The notes below the pieces were generated by a model. The model saw nothing but the letters and a program-made list of their open reading frames with translations, did not search any database and was not told the origin of the DNA. Shown in pieces: positions 59,701 through 64,000 of a stretch of DNA of 64,000 nt. The translations under genes and the position numbers were made by a program. How positions within the stretch are numbered: the first letter of the stretch is position 1; the number at the start of each line of letters is the position of its first letter. The DNA comes from Candidatus Poribacteria bacterium (lineage in GTDB: Bacteria; Poribacteria; WGA-4E; WGA-3G), in assembly GCA_963663765.2 (NCBI GenBank), contig CAXXUA010000013.1, positions 224,001 through 288,000 on the forward strand, given 5' to 3'.

Positions 59701-62337
59701 ATTAATGGTTCCTGAGTCCGTAGTGAATTTTAGGATACCATGTGTGGTGCCACAGTCTTCTTCAGTAATCATCACGTCTTGTGCTACATCTACGAGTTTA
59801 CGAGTTAAGTAACCAGAAGCAGCGGTTTTCATGGCGGTATCCACCAATCCCTTCCGAGAACCATAAGTAGATGTGAAGTAATCAAGAACATCTAAACCTT
59901 CACGATATGAAGATTGTATCGGTGAAGATAGAATTTCACCACTCTGTTTTGATTTCAATCCAACGATAGCACTGATTTGATTGAATGGGTTCTTGCGTGC
60001 GCGTGCACCACTGTCAGCCATTAGATGAACAGGACTAAATCCTTTTACTTCTTTTCCCTGTTCAACCAGTTGTGTTTCAGTTTCTGGCAACGCATCAAAA
60101 AGTGAATCCTGAATTTCAGAGACTGCATCATACCAGATCCGTATCTTTTCGTTCTCTAATTCTTCAAGCTCAAGATTTTCCTCTGTAGACAGGCGTTCAA
60201 TTTCAGAACTTGCTTTATTAAGGATTTCCATTTTATTATCAGGAATCAGGTAATCCCGAATACCAGGAGAAATCCCACTACGTGTCGCATATTCAAAACA
60301 CAGTGTCTGTAGACGATCTAACAGGGATACAGTTTCTGTAGTTCCCAGTTCATTAAAGCACCTTTTGACAAGTTCAGATAAACGTCTGCTACGTGCTTCT
60401 TCATTGAAGAACGGTATTTCAAGTCCAGTTGTTTCATCATTCCAAGTAAGTGATGAAGTTCCATTCGCTTTTGGAAGAACTTCATTGAAGATCACACGTC
60501 CGACAGTTGTCAATATAGGCTCGCGATGTCCTTTGAAATAGAGTATAACCGAATCGTGTAGTTTAAGAGTACCGCATCCATGAGCATGGGTAATCTCATC
60601 CACTGTTGCGTAGCGGCGCTTCGCCCATTCTTCCTTTTCTAATGATGAAAAGTTACCGTTAGATTTGGTTTCATCTGAGTTTTCTGAGTATGCTGCATTG
60701 AGTAATTCTGCGCGTTCAGTATGTTCTGGCAACGCTTTCGTTAAAAAACTTGCTCCCAAAATCATATCCAATTCTGGTACAGTAATGGGTTCTCCGTGTG
60801 AAGGTTTGAGGATATTTCCACTACTTAACAGTAACATCTTAGCTTCAGCGCGTGCCTCAATAGAGAGGGGGATGTGCACAGCCATCTGGTCACCATCAAA
60901 ATCTGCATTGAAAGCTTTACAGACAAGTGGTGGAATTCGTATAGATTTACCTTCAACAAGTACCGGCATAAATGCTTGGATGCCGAGTCTATGAAGTGTT
61001 GGCGGACGATTGAGCAATACCGGATGGTCAGCGATAACCTCTTCTAATGCTTCCCAGACCGGTGAATCCGGTGTGACGTGTTCAGTCATGTATTTTCCAC
61101 GTTTGATTGTCTGGACTTCACCTGCGGCTAATAATTTTTCTATTATAAATGGTTTGAAGAGTTCAACAGCCATCAATTTGGGAATTCCACATTGATGCAA
61201 TTCAAGTTCGGGTCCCACGACAATAACACTTCTACCGGAATAGTCAACCCGTTTACCAAGTAGGTTTTGACGGAATCGCCCAACTTTCCCTCGCAAAATG
61301 TCAGATAAGGATTTTAGGGCGCGTTTACCCGGTCCAGTAACTTGTCGACCATGTCGACCATTATCCAAAAATGCGTCTACTGATTCCTGAAGCATCCGTT
61401 TTTCATTTCGGAGGATGACTTCAGGGGAACGTAGGTCTATTAGTTTTTGCAGACGATTGTTCCGGTTTATCACGCGTCGATATAGATCGTTTAGGTCGCT
61501 TGTAGCAAATCTTCCACCTTCTAAAGAGACTAAGGGGCGGAGATCCGGACTGATAACGGGTAGGACATCAAGTATCATCCACTCTGGTTGCATCTGTGTT
61601 TTATTGAAACCTGCTACCATTCTCAATTTCTTAGAGAGTTTCATTTTTTTCTGACGACTGGAGGTTGCTTCAAGTTCTTCAGTGAGTTTTTCAACATCTT
61701 CAGAAAGAGTAGTCTTTTGTAGGAGTTCCTTAATTGCATCAGCACCAGTTCCTGCTCGGAACGAATCTGGGTGATCGCGCAATTTCTCCTCCATTTCGGA
61801 TTCAGTAAGTATATCTTTTTCAACCAATCCGCACTCCTCATTCATAACCTCAGTGACGATGAACGCTTCAAAATAGAGAATACGTTCTACGGCGCGTGAG
61901 GCAAGCTCAAGGAGGGTTCCTATTCGTGAAGGGATACCTTTAAAGAACCAAATGTGAGAGACAGGAGTAGCAAGTTTTATATAACCAAGCCGTTCACGTC
62001 GGACTTGTGATTTCGTAACCTCAACACCACATTGATCACAAATAAGTCCTTTGTGCTTAATTCGCTTGTATTTTCCACAACTACATTCAAAATCCTTTTG
62101 AGGTCCGAAAGTTGCTTCACAAAATAGACCTTGATGTTCAGGACGAAAACTTCTGTAGTTAATGGTTTCAGCTTTCTTGATTTCACCGCAATCGCAAGTA
62201 CCTTTTTCCGAGCACGACCATGTGTCATCAGCTGGATTCCTCCGTTTGCAAGAGGTGCGTTTCGCCCAATCTCTTATCGTTTCAGGAGATGCAATGCTGA
62301 TTGAAATACGATTAAATTGATTTTCTTTATCTGCCAT
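56725..62337 (-). CDS. rpoC: DNA-directed RNA polymerase subunit beta' (1870 aa, giant trigger-loop insertion)
   Basis: Zn finger [33 protein letters not shown], bridge helix, [39 protein letters not shown]. Confidence 0.98.
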   Translation of the reverse strand: MADKENQFNRISISIASPETIRDWAKRTSCKRRNPADDTWSCSEKGTCDCGEIKKAETINYRSFRPEHQGLFCEATFGPQKDFECSCGKYKRIKHKGLICDQCGVEVTKSQVRRERLGYIKLATPVSHIWFFKGIPSRIGTLLELASRAVERILYFEAFIVTEVMNEECGLVEKDILTESEMEEKLRDHPDSFRAGTGADAIKELLQKTTLSEDVEKLTEELEATSSRQKKMKLSKKLRMVAGFNKTQMQPEWMILDVLPVISPDLRPLVSLEGGRFATSDLNDLYRRVINRNNRLQKLIDLRSPEVILRNEKRMLQESVDAFLDNGRHGRQVTGPGKRALKSLSDILRGKVGRFRQNLLGKRVDYSGRSVIVVGPELELHQCGIPKLMAVELFKPFIIEKLLAAGEVQTIKRGKYMTEHVTPDSPVWEALEEVIADHPVLLNRPPTLHRLGIQAFMPVLVEGKSIRIPPLVCKAFNADFDGDQMAVHIPLSIEARAEAKMLLLSSGNILKPSHGEPITVPELDMILGASFLTKALPEHTERAELLNAAYSENSDETKSNGNFSSLEKEEWAKRRYATVDEITHAHGCGTLKLHDSVILYFKGHREPILTTVGRVIFNEVLPKANGTSSLTWNDETTGLEIPFFNEEARSRRLSELVKRCFNELGTTETVSLLDRLQTLCFEYATRSGISPGIRDYLIPDNKMEILNKASSEIERLSTEENLELEELENEKIRIWYDAVSEIQDSLFDALPETETQLVEQGKEVKGFSPVHLMADSGARARKNPFNQISAIVGLKSKQSGEILSSPIQSSYREGLDVLDYFTSTYGSRKGLVDTAMKTAASGYLTRKLVDVAQDVMITEEDCGTTHGILKFTTDSGTINHKISGRVAVEPIIHPETEEVLVETDSIITPQMAQHIEDIDVPSVRVKSILTCEAEKGACATCYGSDLTSGQFVNVGEAIGIIAAQSIGEPGTQLTMRTFHTGGVVEDMSERLARKILAKASGNVRFRDYIPGRTVREESGLWIAQQVAEHPDQPKYKVRSVQHPECKLQPEELLTEKQKQENNERYPGFEVETVYYEVRQINRPDVIEAASDKDASLIVGQYLTEQEYHVYSQKYALFRCNEARYPVISVSKPKTSLRPGRLLTESKAEEWRAKIRPFDGEWVYQTNKGDILTESEYLQKKNNKEKAQMKYKIETVSDPDFPHSIGDLLTPEEESQYHIEFGDPVYTVKEVYDDVDIEKGQELTVAEVRRTQEENKSFEVQKLSNPQFRVTKVTHPDCPLKPGELIESANLETLREKFSGVTVDPLKHRITAIHNTDCKLEPGILLTDTEKKALMKQYPGFDVNVAKNEEAFEVERLYQVVAIHHPDFPVAVDERITQSESNKFRRSYRGFDFEKLYIPETEESDSEEVLMDSEYKALVKTHRETDTPPPEYKLYYHILAVHHSECQLTVGERIDETEYKRALRLYKGFDTERVFKVTKVNDAETELTVDEFLSDADYKKVTAATSKNTYEVTNIIHPNCTLTVGQTLKDWEYATAYEQYPGVEVDDLKERFRIDIVTSNGARVSHLIPNGYSGTLKEGEKVKAQQALAELHEKTTNLDIVAGIPRVTGLFEARPPKRQDAAEIAEIDGNVQLTGQKAGVPQYRIVDGATKSRLYSITDEKRRVDDGDWIEAGQPLTDGFLNPHDILEIGRTTINGHSIEGEEAVWAYLVDEVQTVYPGNNTINDKHVEVIVRQMLQKIKILSVGDTEFFANDEVPRHRFHAENRRIEQDGGEPATGKPVLQSISKASLSTESFISAASFQETRKVLSDAAVEGQTDLLRGLKENVILGRLIPAGTGFSEWRELEVTSNAIPNPEPEELPEPTDEIEETLS

Positions 62338-62446
62338 TATAAATACTCCTTATAAGACATTTGAAAAACGGTTATCTGCTGTTGGATTCTGAAGACAATG
62401 ACGAATAATGGTTTAGTATATAATCAAATTCATTGAAAATATTGAA

Positions 62447-64000
62447 CTATTCAGAATCGTCGGTATTCCACGTCAATCTAAGAGGGGGTTCCTCTTCAAT
62501 CGGTTCCAGGGTATCTATCGTATGTAAGAGCGGGAAGCCTGCGTCAAGTAATGATGAATGCTCAGAATCAGCACCGTCACGATCACCTTCTGAGAGTTCT
62601 ACATTTAATCCCAGACTTTGCAGTTCTCTTACTAAGACATTGAAAGATTCTGGTGTCCCTGGTTTTAAGGGACTTTGTCCTTTCACAATTGATTCATAGA
62701 TTTTTGTTCTACCTTTTACGTCGTCGGACTTTATCGTCAACATCTCCTGAAGGGTGTGTGCTGCACCATACGCTTCCAATGCCCATACCTCCATTTCCCC
62801 GAGACGCTGTCCGCCATGTTGTGCTTTTCCACCAAGAGGTTGTTGCGTCACTAAGGAATAGGGACCTGTTGAACGTGCATGCATCTTATCTGCCACAAGA
62901 TGGTTTAACTTGAGGAAATATACATGACCGACAGTTACTTCCTGTCCGAACGGTTCACCAGTTCTACCATCAAAAAGGATGCTTTTACCAGTTTTCTTGA
63001 CGTTATCGGGTAAAACGGTTTTTGCTAACATTTCAAACACTTCTTCTTCTGTCGCACCGTCGAATACTGGTGATGACACATATAATCCGAGTTGGTGACA
63101 TGCTAATCCTAAGTGTATCTCAAGGATTTGACCAACGTTCATCCGAGAAGGTACACCAAGGGGATTTAAGACAATGTCTACGGGGGTACCATCAGGTAAA
63201 TAGGGCATGTCTTCCTCTGGTAATATTTTTGCAACAACACCTTTATTCCCATAACGTCCAGCCATTTTGTCACCGATAGATATTGGACGACGACTTGCTA
63301 CATAGACTTTTACAAGTTTTAATACTCCAGGCTTTAATTCTTCACCTGCTTCAAGTTTTTCCAAAGCCTCGTCTTTCTCCTCTGTATATGCATTGATTCT
63401 ACCAGATGCGAGTTCATGAAGACTCTTGATGTATGATGTAGCGTTAGTATCAGTAATCTGCAATGTTTCAAGTTCATTTTGTGAAAGAACATCCAGGTAT
63501 TCTCGCGTCAACACATCACCTGTTTGCAGCTGCCTAACTGATGCCGTGTTATCTTTTGCATCATCTTTATCATCAGTATCAAAAGTTGTTGGATACGCAA
63601 GTTCTTTGTTAGTTAAGGTTTCACGTAATTCTTCAACTAAACGTTCGGTGACCTGATCACACTGTTCTTTCCACGTTTGCTCAATTTGTTTGCGTAATGC
63701 TTCTTGCCGCCATGCAGTTTTCTCACTGTTTGGTGAAGTATGACGTGAGAAGACTTTAACATCAATAACAACACCTTCCACACCTGGTCGTGTGTATGCT
63801 GATGCGTCTTTTACCTCTTTGACTTTTTCACCGAAAATTGCACGAAGCAGTTTTTCTTCAGGACCATATTCACTTTCACCTTTTGGCGAAATTTTTCCAA
63901 CGAGGATGCTACCAGTACCTACGACACTCCCAACACGAATGATCCCCTCATCGTCAAGTTGGGCAAGACTACGTGCAGACATGTTTGGAATATCCCGGGT
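62447..64000 (-). CDS. rpoB: DNA-directed RNA polymerase subunit beta (C-terminal part; 5' end outside the window)
   Basis: Frame is open to the edge (TRDIPN...); [61 protein letters not shown]. Confidence 0.98.
   Translation of the reverse strand, partial: TRDIPNMSARSLAQLDDEGIIRVGSVVGTGSILVGKISPKGESEYGPEEKLLRAIFGEKVKEVKDASAYTRPGVEGVVIDVKVFSRHTSPNSEKTAWRQEALRKQIEQTWKEQCDQVTERLVEELRETLTNKELAYPTTFDTDDKDDAKDNTASVRQLQTGDVLTREYLDVLSQNELETLQITDTNATSYIKSLHELASGRINAYTEEKDEALEKLEAGEELKPGVLKLVKVYVASRRPISIGDKMAGRYGNKGVVAKILPEEDMPYLPDGTPVDIVLNPLGVPSRMNVGQILEIHLGLACHQLGLYVSSPVFDGATEEEVFEMLAKTVLPDNVKKTGKSILFDGRTGEPFGQEVTVGHVYFLKLNHLVADKMHARSTGPYSLVTQQPLGGKAQHGGQRLGEMEVWALEAYGAAHTLQEMLTIKSDDVKGRTKIYESIVKGQSPLKPGTPESFNVLVRELQSLGLNVELSEGDRDGADSEHSSLLDAGFPLLHTIDTLEPIEEEPPLRLTWNTDDSE

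Noticed and set aside
63340-63745. About 130-aa insertion in the RpoB flap region
   Set aside because: Position and coiled-coil character match the known lineage-specific beta insertion (beta-i9/SI2-type), so it is not considered novel.

Overview
AT-rich bacterial chromosomal window, almost entirely housekeeping, with no prophage, CRISPR, rRNA or tRNA seen. A secreted LamG protein ending in AVEPxxKLATxWGxIK, a secreted WD40 protein with a 'QDYTxWxLPxxAKxRLGKG' head, a PhyH dioxygenase and mosaic REP/MITE spacers suggest Candidatus Poribacteria (inference). Contents in order: mmsA (partial), ctpA, gatA, gatC, pcrA; a 2-hydroxyacid dehydrogenase and an uncharacterised barrel-sandwich/KOW protein; DegT aminotransferase, glpD, BatB-like VWA; a liv-type ABC operon without ATPases; an NTT/TLC-type transporter, PhyH and LamG; a dcw cluster (rsmH-ftsL-ftsI-murE-[hydrolase-murF-ddl]-mraY-murD-ftsW-murG-murC-ftsQ-ftsA-ftsZ-radical SAM); nadD-yacG-yqeK-rsfS; PP2C; M19 dipeptidase; WD40; GT9, thiI, RNase HIII, FMN reductase; fumC; rpoC and partial rpoB. 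Three signals stand out. (1) The 1870-aa RNA polymerase beta' carries a ~615-aa trigger-loop insertion of ~13 tandem ~39-aa repeats resembling the enzyme's own clamp motif, plus a 4-Cys N-terminal insert and altered secondary-channel motifs. (2) The dcw cluster has an alpha/beta-hydrolase + membrane-anchored MurF + atypical Ddl module in the murF position, and non-canonical MraY/MurC/MurD motifs. (3) The cluster has no mraZ, and a well-positioned sigma54 (-24/-12) motif lies directly upstream.
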